Assembly: GCA_963667465.2 (NCBI GenBank)
Contig: CAXXDN010000002.1
Span: 416,001-480,000 of the forward strand
Direction of reading: 5' to 3'
From: Dehalococcoidia bacterium
GTDB taxonomy: Bacteria > Chloroflexota > Dehalococcoidia > UBA2979
DNA: 64,000 bases
The notes below the pieces were generated by a model. It was given only the letters and a program-made list of their open reading frames with translations, was not told the DNA's origin and searched no databases. Positions 48,143-57,944 of this stretch are shown piece by piece. Made by a program: the position numbers and the translations under genes. Each line of letters begins with the position of its first letter. The stretch's first letter is position 1.

Positions 48143-50335
48143 CTACTCCACGGGCAACTGGCTCCATAGCGACGCTGCGTACTCCATGCGCACGTCGATG
48201 GCCGTCGCGAGCGCCTCGGGGGTTTCGTAGTAGAGGCGGCGCGAGAGGTACTCGAACTCCCGTGAGCCGACCGGAGGGATCGTGAGGTCGCGCGCGTTGC
48301 CGCGCACCACGCGCAGCGCCCCGATCAGCCGCCGCAGGAACGCATACGCCTCGGGCAGCTTCACCGCGTCGTCGTAGCCGATGTGCCCCGTCTCGGCGAG
48401 CGCGGCGATGGCGTCGACCGTGCTCGGCGTACGCACCGAGGGCTCCGTGGCGCCGGCGCTGATCTGCAGCACCTGCACGTAGTACTCGACATCGACGAGC
48501 CCACCGCGGCTGTGCTTGGCATTGCGCTCGCCCGCCGCAACCAGCTCCGCGGCCTGGCGCTCGCGGAGGTGCAGTTGCTCGGCAATGTCGAACGGCGCGC
48601 CCGAGTAGACGAAGGCGTCCCGCAGCTCTTCGAGGGTTCGCCCGAGCGCGGCGTCGCCCGCGACGGGGCGCAGCCGCACCAGCGCCATGCGCTCGAACTG
48701 CCGCGCATCCCCGTCCGCCGAGTAGTAGCCGCAGCATTGGTCGATCGAGTTGGCGAGGCTGCCGCCGTCGCCGTGGGGCCGCAGCCGCAGGTCGAGCTCG
48801 AAGATGCCCTCGCGAGGCGCGTGGATCGCGTCGCGCACGCCGCGCACGAACTGCTCGAACCACGCCGCGTTCGGGATCGGGTCCGTGCCGTCGGTCGTCC
48901 CCGCGCCCTCGTACACCGTGAGCAACTCGAGGTCCGAGGCGAACCCGATCTCGCGCCCGCCGAACTTGCCGAGCGCGACGATCGTCCAGCGGCACGGGGC
49001 GCCCGAGGCCAGGCGAGGCGCGCCGTGGCGCTCCTCGAGCGCGCGCTCGGTCAGCGCCGCTGCCTCGCCGACCACGACCTCCGCGAGGTCGGACAGCTCG
49101 TGCGAGAAGTCGGCGAAGCCCGTCCGGCCGCTGATGTATCGCAGGTCGATGCGGAACAGCTCGCGGTCCTTGAACGCGTTGAGCGTTGCGGCATCGGGCG
49201 GCCCGCCGTCCGGCGCGGTGGCGTGCAGCGCCTCCCGAAGCTCTGCGGGCGGGCGCGCGGTGTCGAGGGCGGGGAGGTCCGTGAGCACCGGAAACAGGTT
49301 CTCGTGCTGGAAGCGCAGGAAGTCCTCCCACAGGTAGCGGCTCACGCCGAGGGCCGTCGCGAGCGTTTCAAGCACCCCTTCGTCGGCCAGGGCCGCCAGC
49401 GACTCGCGCCGCTCGCCGAACGCCAGCATGCTGCGCGCGAGGGCGCTGAACTGCCGCAGCGCCTGCGCGGGGTCTGGCGCGAGCGGCAGCAACTGTGTGA
49501 ACTGCCGGATCAGCACCGCCACCACGCGCAGCTCCTCGAGGCGCAGCGGATCCTCAAGCTTCGAGCCGTCGCGCGTGGTCACCCAGAACGTGTCGCGGCT
49601 TTCGCGGCCCGCTGTGCGCACCTCGGCGCGCTGCACGGACACCTCCAGCATGGCGAGGGCGTTGGTGAACTCGAAGAGGAAGCCGCGCTCGTCGACCCCC
49701 GCGATGGTCAGCACTGCCGCAGCGGGGTCCGAGGTCGCGTCGACGTCGACCGCGATCGGGTAGAGCGGACGCGCGGACGCCTGGCCACGCGGCAGGGTGC
49801 GCCCGATGCCCTCGATGATCGAGGCGTGCGCCGCCTCGGCGTCGCCGCCCGCGAGCAGCGCGAACGCCTCGGCGAGACCGGGGCGGATCGCCTCCCAGGG
49901 GTCACGATCGCCGATCCTTCGCACAACGAAGCGGTCGAGGAGCAGCCGTGAAGGCCGGATCGGGCCGCGCGCCGGCAGCGGGCGCCTCGGCATTCCCGGA
50001 CGCCTGCCCGGACGCGGAGCGCCGGGCAGGGGTGGCGGGCGTTGGACGGGCGTGTCGCGGCGCACCGTGAAGAGGTCTGCGTGCTCGATATCGAACCCCT
50101 GCGCGGTCAGCGAGCCGGCGATGAGCGAGAGCGCACCGGGGATGTCCGGCGCGACGACCGTGACAGCGTGCGCGTCGCCACCGAGGGGCCGCGACTCGCC
50201 GGCGACGTCGGTCGCCGCGGCGATGCGCTCCGCGAGGCCGGGATGCCGCGCCCGCTCCTCGGCATCGAATGCCTCGTAGGCCGGCCCGAGCTGGGTCGCG
50301 AGGCTGTCCGCGTCGAGGGCGTCAGGAGGGGGCAT
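48143..50335 (-). CDS. GlnE-type adenylyltransferase domain fused to two GlnD-like ACT domains (start uncertain)
   Basis: GKFGGREIGFASDLE, DLRLRPHG, KHSRGGLVDVEY; ACT motifs APDIPGAL and GVDERGFL...DTFWV. Confidence 0.8.
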   Translation of the reverse strand: MPPPDALDADSLATQLGPAYEAFDAEERARHPGLAERIAAATDVAGESRPLGGDAHAVTVVAPDIPGALSLIAGSLTAQGFDIEHADLFTVRRDTPVQRPPPLPGAPRPGRRPGMPRRPLPARGPIRPSRLLLDRFVVRRIGDRDPWEAIRPGLAEAFALLAGGDAEAAHASIIEGIGRTLPRGQASARPLYPIAVDVDATSDPAAAVLTIAGVDERGFLFEFTNALAMLEVSVQRAEVRTAGRESRDTFWVTTRDGSKLEDPLRLEELRVVAVLIRQFTQLLPLAPDPAQALRQFSALARSMLAFGERRESLAALADEGVLETLATALGVSRYLWEDFLRFQHENLFPVLTDLPALDTARPPAELREALHATAPDGGPPDAATLNAFKDRELFRIDLRYISGRTGFADFSHELSDLAEVVVGEAAALTERALEERHGAPRLASGAPCRWTIVALGKFGGREIGFASDLELLTVYEGAGTTDGTDPIPNAAWFEQFVRGVRDAIHAPREGIFELDLRLRPHGDGGSLANSIDQCCGYYSADGDARQFERMALVRLRPVAGDAALGRTLEELRDAFVYSGAPFDIAEQLHLRERQAAELVAAGERNAKHSRGGLVDVEYYVQVLQISAGATEPSVRTPSTVDAIAALAETGHIGYDDAVKLPEAYAFLRRLIGALRVVRGNARDLTIPPVGSREFEYLSRRLYYETPEALATAIDVRMEYAASLWSQLPVE

Positions 50336-50420
50336 CGGCCGGCCAGATCCGCGGGTCGTCGGCCCACCGCGCGCCATCGCGGCGACCACGCCCGCTGCGC
50401 CGCCATGATAGCGTCGTGCA

Positions 50421-51638
50421 ATGTCTGAGCACGCGCGCGCTTCGGATGTCCCCGAGCTCCTCGCAGCGTTCGACACGGGTGCGCTGCTGCGTCCCGACCC
50501 GGCGGCGCCGAACCTGGTCGACGCGGCCCGCGCGGTGGCCGCGAGCGCGGGTGCGAACGGCCTCGAGCTTTCCCCGTTCGCGGGCGACCTCGCCGCGTCG
50601 CTGGCCGGGCGCGAGCACATCGTGCTCATCCTCGCCGACGGCCTCGGGATGGGGATGCTGGAGCGCGAGGACGGCGCGCGCACGCTGCGAGGCAACCTGC
50701 GTGGCGAGCTGCGGACGGTCTTCCCGTCCTCGTCGGCCGTCGCGCTGACCTCGCTCGCCACGGGGGAATGGCCGGCGAGCCATGCCGTCACCGGCTGGTG
50801 GACGCACATCGAGGAGATCGGCGGCCCGGCGACGATCCTGCAGTACCGCCGCCGCTCCGATGACCGCGCGCTCGCCGATCTGGGCGTCGCGCCCGAGAAC
50901 GCCTTCCCGGCGCCAAGCCTCGCGCCGCGGATCGCGCGGCGGGCCCACTACCTGCTGCCACACCAGATCGCCGACAGCGTTTACTCGCGCTACTGGGCGG
51001 GGGGTCCCGCTGTCGGCTACCGCTCCCTGGCCGACGCGCCCGGATCGATCACGGGGACAGCGAGGGATGCGGGCGAGCCCACGTTCGGCTACGTCTACGT
51101 GCCCCACGTCGACAACGAGGCGCATCAGGGCGGCCCGGAGAGCAACGGGGTCCGCGCCGCCATCCTCGCCGTCGACCGCCTCGTCGCGGACCTGAAGGCC
51201 GCGCTCGGCGAGTCCGCGGCCGTGGTCGTGACCGCGGACCACGGGCACCTCGGCGTCACGGCCGCCGATCGGCGCATGATCCGCGCCACCTACGGCATCC
51301 CCCCGCTCCTCGCGAGCCCGCCGTCGGGAGACCCGCGGGTGATCGAGTTCCACGTCCGCCCCGACGCGCACGAGCGCTTCGAGGAGTACTTCCGCACCGC
51401 GTTCGGCCGGCAGTTCTACCTGCTCACCACCGCCGAGGTCGAGGAACTCGGCCTGCTCGGTCCCGGGCCGCTGGCGCCCCGGACGCGCCAACGGCTCGGG
51501 GACTTCATGGCGATCTCGCGAGGGCCGGCCGTGCTCGGCTTCCAGCTCTCGAAGGCCTCGCGGGAGGCTGCGCAGCAGCGCTCGCACCACGCGGGGCTGA
51601 CGCCGGCGGAGATGCTCGTCCCGCTGGTCGTCGCCTGA
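50421..51638 (+). CDS. Alkaline phosphatase superfamily / nucleotide pyrophosphatase-phosphodiesterase
   Basis: LADGLG, TVFPSSS, DNEAH, TADHGH, HHAGLT.AEM.VP. Confidence 0.85.
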   Translation: MSEHARASDVPELLAAFDTGALLRPDPAAPNLVDAARAVAASAGANGLELSPFAGDLAASLAGREHIVLILADGLGMGMLEREDGARTLRGNLRGELRTVFPSSSAVALTSLATGEWPASHAVTGWWTHIEEIGGPATILQYRRRSDDRALADLGVAPENAFPAPSLAPRIARRAHYLLPHQIADSVYSRYWAGGPAVGYRSLADAPGSITGTARDAGEPTFGYVYVPHVDNEAHQGGPESNGVRAAILAVDRLVADLKAALGESAAVVVTADHGHLGVTAADRRMIRATYGIPPLLASPPSGDPRVIEFHVRPDAHERFEEYFRTAFGRQFYLLTTAEVEELGLLGPGPLAPRTRQRLGDFMAISRGPAVLGFQLSKASREAAQQRSHHAGLTPAEMLVPLVVA

Positions 51639-51691
51639 CACGCGCGCTTCCCTTCGCGCCACACGACATAATCACTTGCGAGCGAGGGCCA

Positions 51692-52720
51692 TCAACCCGG
51701 GTCGCCGCGGGCGGGCTCCTCGGGGCGTGCGCTGCCGCTGCGGAAGACCTCGCGGGGGCGGAGGCTCAACGCCAGCATGGCCACGGCGCCGCTCAGCGTG
51801 ATCCAGCCGAGCAGCACGAGGTGCGAACCGACCGCATAGGCGCTCGCGTCCACGCGATCGCCGCCGAGCAGGACGAACGCCTCGGTCACTGCGATCTCGT
51901 ACGGGCCGACGTCCCAGGGTGTCAGCGGCAGGGAGACGATGAGATTGGCGGCGATCATCAGCACGATCGCCTCGCCGGCGCCCAGCTCGAAGCCGAACGC
52001 CCGGCCGAGCATCCAGTAGACCGCGACCTCCGCCAGCCAGGCGACGATCGAGACGACCAGCGCCCCGGCGATGCGGTGCAGGTCGCGCAACGAACTCATG
52101 CCCTCAAGGAACTGCCGCGTGTACTGCGCCCCGCGTCCGTGCCAGCGATCGGGCAGCCAGCGCAGCAGGGCGGAACGCTCCGGATCCTCGGGCACGCCGA
52201 GCCGCGCGAGCCAGCTCAGGCCGAGGAAGACGACCAGGACCATGACCGCGAAGAAGACCAGCGCAGGCAGGGCGACGACCAGGTCGCCGAAGAGCGCCAC
52301 GGCGGCGAGCAGCAGCAGCACGAACGCCAGCCCGTCGAAGATCGTCTCCACGATCAGCACGCTGCTGACGAGCTCGGCGCGCGGCAGCTTGAGCATCCGG
52401 CTCGGCAGCTCGATGCGCAGCAGATCGCCCGCGCGGAACGGCACGAGGGCGTTCGCCAGGTTCGAGGCGAGGAAGATCCCGAACAGCGGCGCCAGCGGCG
52501 CCTCGCGGTGCTGCAGGAAGACGCGCCAGCGGTAGGCGTGGATCGCCTTCGAGAGCGTGAAGGTCGCCATTCCTGCCAGGATCCAGCCGGGCCGTACGTC
52601 CGGCAGGTGCCGGAAGCCCTCGACGATGTCGACTCGCCAGATGAGGAGCGCGAGCGAGATCGCGATCAGCGGCAGTTGAATGGCGACGAGACGTCGGTGG
52701 CGCCCGATGTACCTCAGCAC
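51692..52720 (-). CDS. Lysylphosphatidylglycerol synthase TM / flippase-like protein
   Basis: AYRW, NALVPFRAGDLLR, ETIFDG, PLTP..VGPYE. Confidence 0.85.
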   Translation of the reverse strand: MLRYIGRHRRLVAIQLPLIAISLALLIWRVDIVEGFRHLPDVRPGWILAGMATFTLSKAIHAYRWRVFLQHREAPLAPLFGIFLASNLANALVPFRAGDLLRIELPSRMLKLPRAELVSSVLIVETIFDGLAFVLLLLAAVALFGDLVVALPALVFFAVMVLVVFLGLSWLARLGVPEDPERSALLRWLPDRWHGRGAQYTRQFLEGMSSLRDLHRIAGALVVSIVAWLAEVAVYWMLGRAFGFELGAGEAIVLMIAANLIVSLPLTPWDVGPYEIAVTEAFVLLGGDRVDASAYAVGSHLVLLGWITLSGAVAMLALSLRPREVFRSGSARPEEPARGDPG

Positions 52721-52840
52721 GCGAATCAGGATAGGCCTCTTGCGTTACATGCGCCCCTCGGACGTCCTCGGGGCGCTCGGGAGGCAGCGCGGCCGGCCTG
52801 CTATCGTGCGCGCGGCGGGGGCGAGACGGGGGCAAGACGA

Positions 52841-53611
52841 GTGGCGGTTCCTCGGACCTGCTTCGCCACGACCGACGGACGCCTCGTGCCCACCGTCTCC
52901 GTCGAGGAGATGCGCGAGATCGACCGCATCGCTGTCGAGGAGACCGGTCCCGGGCTGCTGCAGATGATGGAGCACGCCGGGCTCGAGTTGGCCCGCGCGG
53001 CGCTCGCGATGCTTGGCGAGCACTGGCCGCACGCACGGGTCGTGGTCCTCGCCGGCAACGGCGGCAACGGCGGCGGCGGGCTCTGCGCCGCGCGCCTGCT
53101 GGCGAGCCGCGGCGTCGAGGTGCTCGCGGTGACGATCGCCCGCCCCTCGAGGGCGAGCGACGCCGTCGCGGCGCAGCTGCGGTTGCTGCACGAGTCACCG
53201 GCCCGCGTCATCGCCTGGTCCGACGCCTTCGACATCGGCGAGGCGGATCTGGTGGTCGACGCGGTCGTCGGCTACGGGCTGCGCGAGGCGCCGACCGGGC
53301 CGGTGATGGCGCTGGTCCGCGCGGCGCAGGCCGCCACCGCGCCCGTGCTCTCCCTCGATGTGCCCTCGGGCGTCGACGCGGACAGCGGCGAGACGCCCGG
53401 CTTCGCCGTGCGAGCGACGCGCACGCTCACGCTGGCGCTGCCGAAGCCCGGGCTCCGCCGCGAGCAGGCGGGCGACCTGTGGCTCGCTGACCTCGGCATC
53501 CCGCCCGGCGTCTTCGCGCGCGCCGGCCTCGCCTTCGACTCGCGGTTCGGGCCACACTTCGGCCCGGCCACGCAGATCCGGCTGCGCTACCCGGACGAGG
53601 TGGAGGGCTGA
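52841..53611 (+). CDS. nnrE: NAD(P)H-hydrate epimerase (stand-alone YjeF-N)
   Basis: MREID, MMEHAG, GNGGNGGGG, DAVVGYG, SLDVPSG, LADLGIP. Confidence 0.88.
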   Translation: MAVPRTCFATTDGRLVPTVSVEEMREIDRIAVEETGPGLLQMMEHAGLELARAALAMLGEHWPHARVVVLAGNGGNGGGGLCAARLLASRGVEVLAVTIARPSRASDAVAAQLRLLHESPARVIAWSDAFDIGEADLVVDAVVGYGLREAPTGPVMALVRAAQAATAPVLSLDVPSGVDADSGETPGFAVRATRTLTLALPKPGLRREQAGDLWLADLGIPPGVFARAGLAFDSRFGPHFGPATQIRLRYPDEVEG

Positions 53612-53628
53612 CGGTCCTCGGAGGCGGC

Positions 53629-53658
53629 TTGAGCGTGCCGGAGCGGCTTTGATAGGCT
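53629..53658 (+). promoter_or_regulatory. Probable sigma70-type promoter of tRNA-Glu(CTC)
   Basis: TTGAGC-18 nt-TAGGCT with extended TG, 14 nt before the tRNA. Confidence 0.5.
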
Positions 53659-53672
53659 GAAGGTCACTCGGC

Positions 53673-53749
53673 GGCGCATTCGTCTAGTGGCCCAGGACAT
53701 CGCCCTCTCAAGGCGAAGATCGCGGGTTCGAATCCCGCATGCGCCACCA
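53673..53749 (+). tRNA. tRNA-Glu (CTC)
   Basis: GGCGCATTCGTCTAGTGGCCCAGGACATCGCCCTCTCAAGGCGAAGATCGCGGGTTCGAATCCCGCATGCGCCACCA. Confidence 0.96.
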
Positions 53750-54931
53750 ACACGTACCGAACTCATAACTCGGCCTGAGAGAGCGACCTCGGCGGCGTTC
53801 GCGCCCCCGAGGGGACCGTCCGGCGGAGTCGGCATCGTGTAGTGGATGGTGGCCTGTCCGGGCCGCACCAGGATCGCCTGCACGAAGGAGCGCACGAACG
53901 CCCGCGTCTCCGTAATCTCGCTGGTGCGCAGGAACTCGCTCATCTCATCCGCTAAGGCCGCCACCGTCTCCGCGCTGTCCAGCAGCACCCGCCGCTCGGC
54001 CAGCATCGCCCGCGCCTCGTCCGCTGAGACCTCCAGCTGCCGCTGCCGCTCGCGGTGTTCCTGGATGCGCTCCGAGGCGTCGGCCAGATCGAGGTTGGTG
54101 TTCTCCACCACCTGCCAGACGCGGCCCAGCTTGCGCCGCACCTCCTCCAGCTCCGCCTCGATGCTCTCCAGCTTCTCGCGCTGCTCGCGCGCCACCCCGT
54201 CCATCTCCTCGTCGAGCAACCGCACGAGGTCGCAGATGTTGGACTCGGTGAGGATGTGGTCGCGCAGCTGCCCGATGATCGTCTCCTCGAAGCGCCGCGC
54301 GTTGAGCCTCGGCGTGACGCAGGCCTCCTTGCCGCGCTTGAGCAGCGACTGGCAGACGTAGTAGGCGTACTTGCCGCTCTTCGCCTCGGCGGCGGTGAGG
54401 TTGCGCCCGCAGCTCTCGCAGCGCACGAGCCCGCTCAGCAGGTAGGGGCTGGAGACGCGCCTCGGGTGTTCCACGTTCGGCGCGCGCGAGCGCAGCAACT
54501 CCTGCACGCGCTCGAACTCCTCCGCGCTCACGATTGCCGGCACGGCGCCCTCGACGCGCACGGGTGGGGCCTTGCCCTTGCTCCGCTTTCCCCAGACGAG
54601 CGTGCCCTTGTAGGCCTCGTTGCCGAGCATCCCATGCACGGTGTTCTTCAACCACCTGCCGCCGTTGCGGGTGGGGATGCCCTCGGCGTTGAGGGTGCGC
54701 ACGATGTCGAGCACGCTCTGGCCTGCGAGCGCCATCGTGAAGATGCGCCGCACGACGGCGTCGGAGGGTGGGTCGAGTTCCAGCTTCGGGCGCTCCTTGG
54801 CGCCGTCCTGCACGCGCACCTTCTTGTAGCCGTAGGGCGCGTAGGTCGAGACCCAGAAGCCGCGCGAGGCGGCTTCGCGCATCCCGCGCGTCACTTCGTC
54901 ACGACCGCAAGCAACCGAAAGGAACGGAACC

Positions 54932-56713
54932 ATGGACCTGGCTGAGTTCATCGATACGTACCGGGACGCCATTGCCCGGCGGGTAGTGGAGTCCTACCCG
55001 CCACGCTACCGGCCCTCCGAGCAGGGCCGCACGCTCCCCCACCTGCTGCGCACCCCGCTGGGCGCGCAGGCCGACGCCATCCGCGGCGCGGCGCTCTCGC
55101 TTGAGGCGCAGCGCGGCACGACCGTCGTCGGGGAGATGGGCACGGGCAAGACCTTCATCGCGGCTTCAGCCGCCTACATGGCGGGCTTCGAGCGCGTGCT
55201 CGTGCTTTGCCCGCCGCATCTCACCCGCAAGTGGAAGCGCGAGGTCGAGGAGACGGTGCCCGGCGCCCGCGCCGCCATCGTCGCCTCGATCACCGACCTC
55301 GAGCGGCTGCGTACCGTGACCGCCACCGGCCCGCTCTTCGCGATCATGTCGCGCGAGCGCGCCAAGCTCTCCTACCGCTGGCAGCCCGCCGTGGTGGAGC
55401 GCTGGGCCACCACCGCCCGTGGGCTCGTGCGCCACGAGGAGACGGGCGAGCCGTTCCAGATGCCGTGCTGCCCGGACTGCCACGCGCAGATCGTCGACAA
55501 GGACGGGGTGCCGCTGCTCGCTCGCGACCTCGCCCGCCGCAAGCGCCGGTGCGCGGAGTGCGGCGCGGCGCTCTGGCAGGCCGACCGCTCCGGACCGAAG
55601 CGTTACCCGCTCAGCGACTACGTGAAGCACCGCCTGCGGGGCTTCTTCGAGCTGCTGATCGGCGACGAAATCCACGAGTTCAAGGCGCGAGGTTCCGCCC
55701 AGGGCATCGCCGCCGGCGTCCTCGCCGATACCTGCGGCAAGTCCCTCTCCCTGAGCGGCACCTTGATGGGAGGGTATTCCTCCACGCTCTTCCACCTGCT
55801 CTACCGGTTCTCCCCGGAGATCCGGGGGGAGTTCGGGCGCTCCGAGGAGAGCCGCTGGATCGAGCGCTACGGCTTCGTCGAGCGCACCATCGGGCGCGAC
55901 GACCCCGACTCCTTCGAGGACGGGCGCACGAGCCGCCGCAAGCGCTACCGCAAGATCGTGCGGGAGCGGCCGGGGCTCGCCCCCGCCGCCCTCTTCCACC
56001 TGATCGGCAACAGCGTCTTCCTGCGGCTCGCCGACGTCGCCTCGGGCCTCCCGCCCTACGAGGAGCGCGTGCTGCTCTCCTCGATGGACGCGGAGCCAGG
56101 CGCTGACGGGCTCTCGCAGCGCTCGGGCTACGACGAGCTCTACGGGACGCTGCGGGCGGCGCTCGCCGACGCGCTCGCGAAGGGCTCGCGGCGGCTGCTC
56201 GCCACCTACCTGCAGACGCTGCTCGCCTACCCCGACGGCTGCACACAGGGCGAGACGGTCTTCGACCCGGAGACTGCGGACGTGCTCGTGCAGGTGCCGC
56301 CCCTCCCCGAGGACGGCCTCGCTGCCTACGGGGACGACGGCGACGACCTGCTGCTGGCCCTGGCGAGGAAGATCGTCGCGGGCGAGGAGGACGACGGCTC
56401 GGTCGAGTCGGTCTTCGAACAGGCCCGGCAGGTCGCGGCGGAGGCCGAGGCGCTGCTGGTCGACGAGGGCTGGCACGCGCCCGAGCCGGAGCCTGCGGTC
56501 GTAGAGGCCGAGGCTGTGACGGTCGCGAGCGAAGACCGCGAGGAAGCGCCCGCGACGCAGCGGACGCTGTTCTCGTGGGCGGAGTTCATGGCGGACACGC
56601 CGGATGAGCCGCTACCGCCCCGGGGTCGCCGCCACGACGAGGCCCCAACGCTCTCACTCTTCGAGTGGGCGCTGGAGCGGGAGCACGAGGGGGTGCTATC
56701 GGGAGCGGCCTGA
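54932..56713 (+). CDS. SNF2/SF2-like helicase, apparently internally deleted
   Basis: GEMGTGKT Walker A, CxxC..CxxC insert, DEIH, SGT motif III; no motifs IV-VI; AAAGGA RBS. Confidence 0.75.
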   Translation: MDLAEFIDTYRDAIARRVVESYPPRYRPSEQGRTLPHLLRTPLGAQADAIRGAALSLEAQRGTTVVGEMGTGKTFIAASAAYMAGFERVLVLCPPHLTRKWKREVEETVPGARAAIVASITDLERLRTVTATGPLFAIMSRERAKLSYRWQPAVVERWATTARGLVRHEETGEPFQMPCCPDCHAQIVDKDGVPLLARDLARRKRRCAECGAALWQADRSGPKRYPLSDYVKHRLRGFFELLIGDEIHEFKARGSAQGIAAGVLADTCGKSLSLSGTLMGGYSSTLFHLLYRFSPEIRGEFGRSEESRWIERYGFVERTIGRDDPDSFEDGRTSRRKRYRKIVRERPGLAPAALFHLIGNSVFLRLADVASGLPPYEERVLLSSMDAEPGADGLSQRSGYDELYGTLRAALADALAKGSRRLLATYLQTLLAYPDGCTQGETVFDPETADVLVQVPPLPEDGLAAYGDDGDDLLLALARKIVAGEEDDGSVESVFEQARQVAAEAEALLVDEGWHAPEPEPAVVEAEAVTVASEDREEAPATQRTLFSWAEFMADTPDEPLPPRGRRHDEAPTLSLFEWALEREHEGVLSGAA

Positions 56714-56724
56714 TAGGGCAATGC

Positions 56725-56762
56725 GGAGAGGAGGGGCACCACAAGCGGTGCCCCTCCTCTCC
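56725..56762. terminator. Strong hairpin between convergent genes
   Basis: GGAGAGGAGGGGCACC-acaagc-GGTGCCCCTCCTCTCC, 16-bp perfect stem. Confidence 0.7.
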
Positions 56763-56841
56763 TCGCCCCTGTGTGTGGCTTCTCGTGCGTTAACGGGCAG
56801 CCGCGGCAGTGGCCTATGGATCGCAGCCCGAGCCCCTGTGG

Positions 56842-57531
56842 TCACCCGATTTGCAGGCCCAGTACGGCGAGTGCGCGAGTGACGTCCGGGTCGTCGGGCC
56901 GGACCGGTTCGGTACTGAATGAACGCAAAGGTGCGGGCGTGTCCGCCGCCGGTTCGAAGATGGCCCAGTTGGATGTCCCGTCGTCGAGGCGCGACTGGTA
57001 GCGGATGCCGGCGAGCGGCTCGACTCCTTCGGTGCGGCACTCGTAGACGAGCCGGGAGACCTCCTGCGTGAAGCGGCGGGGAGCGGTGAGGCGAATCCCG
57101 GCTGCATCAATGTCCGGGAGCCCGTGATGGATGCCCCTGTCCGCCAGGCGCGAGCGCAGCACCGACAGCGAGGCAGCCGCGCCGATGTCGGCGTAGGTTC
57201 CAACGAGTTCAGCCACGCCCATGAGCCGGTGCTCGAACCACTCGCACGGGACCGTTCCGGCTGCAACCGGCTCGTCATCGCCCTCGATTTCGCGGAGCCC
57301 TGCCACAACCTCGAGGTCGGGGCGAAACGGTGCGAGCGTCTCGATCAGCGCTCCGAAGCGCGCCGTGCTGGCGTACAGAACACGGTAGAACCCCAGCGGA
57401 TCGTCCCAGCGATTGCCGAAGGTGCCGTCGTGGCCAGCCTGGCTCCAGTCGGGCCACGCCCAGGGTTCGGGAGCGCGGGCGAGACGGAAGACCGGACCGG
57501 CGGGGGTCACGGTCTCGAGGCCGCAGCTCAT
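56842..57531 (-). CDS. RES-domain toxin
   Basis: VFRLAR, GNRWDDP..YRVLYAS, ALIETL, GIRYQSRL, NWAIFE. Confidence 0.85.
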   Translation of the reverse strand: MSCGLETVTPAGPVFRLARAPEPWAWPDWSQAGHDGTFGNRWDDPLGFYRVLYASTARFGALIETLAPFRPDLEVVAGLREIEGDDEPVAAGTVPCEWFEHRLMGVAELVGTYADIGAAASLSVLRSRLADRGIHHGLPDIDAAGIRLTAPRRFTQEVSRLVYECRTEGVEPLAGIRYQSRLDDGTSNWAIFEPAADTPAPLRSFSTEPVRPDDPDVTRALAVLGLQIG

Positions 57532-57920
57532 CCGCCGGACAGGAAGGCGCGCGCGGCGGCGATCACATCGGGGCCTACCTCGTCGAGGTCGCCTTCGCGG
57601 AGCAGTCGCAGTGGTGAGCGGTCGTCGAGCTGGGGGTTCAGCCCCTGGAACCAGGCCTGCGCGACGGCCGCCGAGTCGGCAGCGGCGATCGGAGCAGCGG
57701 CCTGCAGAGCGGTGCGAAGGCGTCGTTCCACATCGGCACTCGGTCTACGCGAGCCGTCCGCCCACTGGTGGACAGCGCGCGTCTCCTTGACCGATCCGAG
57801 GTACGCACAGAGCTTGGCGCCGAGGATTTCGCGCACATCGCGGACCACTTCCGGGAACGTGGAGCGGGTTGCGCGCACATGAGCTTCGTAGTCCGGACGG
57901 GCAACAGGGGTCGTCGTCAC
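57528..57920 (-). CDS. Xre/MbcA-like antitoxin of the RES toxin
   Basis: ILGAKLCAYL, AVHQWADG, AWFQGLNPQLDDRSP; ATGA coupling to the toxin; GAGGAGG RBS. Confidence 0.82.
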   Translation of the reverse strand: MTTTPVARPDYEAHVRATRSTFPEVVRDVREILGAKLCAYLGSVKETRAVHQWADGSRRPSADVERRLRTALQAAAPIAAADSAAVAQAWFQGLNPQLDDRSPLRLLREGDLDEVGPDVIAAARAFLSGG

Positions 57921-57944
57921 TGGCCACCTCCTCGGCTCAAGGAG

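Larger units (their letters stand above)
53587..54900 (-). pseudogene. Large serine recombinase lacking the N-terminal catalytic domain; frame runs through antisense tRNA-Glu
   Basis: RGMREAA..GFW...APYGY, recombinase domain (VRRIF, LNAEGIP, NEAYKG), Zn ribbon CESC/C, coiled coil; no resolvase Ser motif. Confidence 0.88.

Noticed and set aside
51821-52840. N-terminal extension of NnrE
   Set aside because: Antisense shadow of the flippase-like gene
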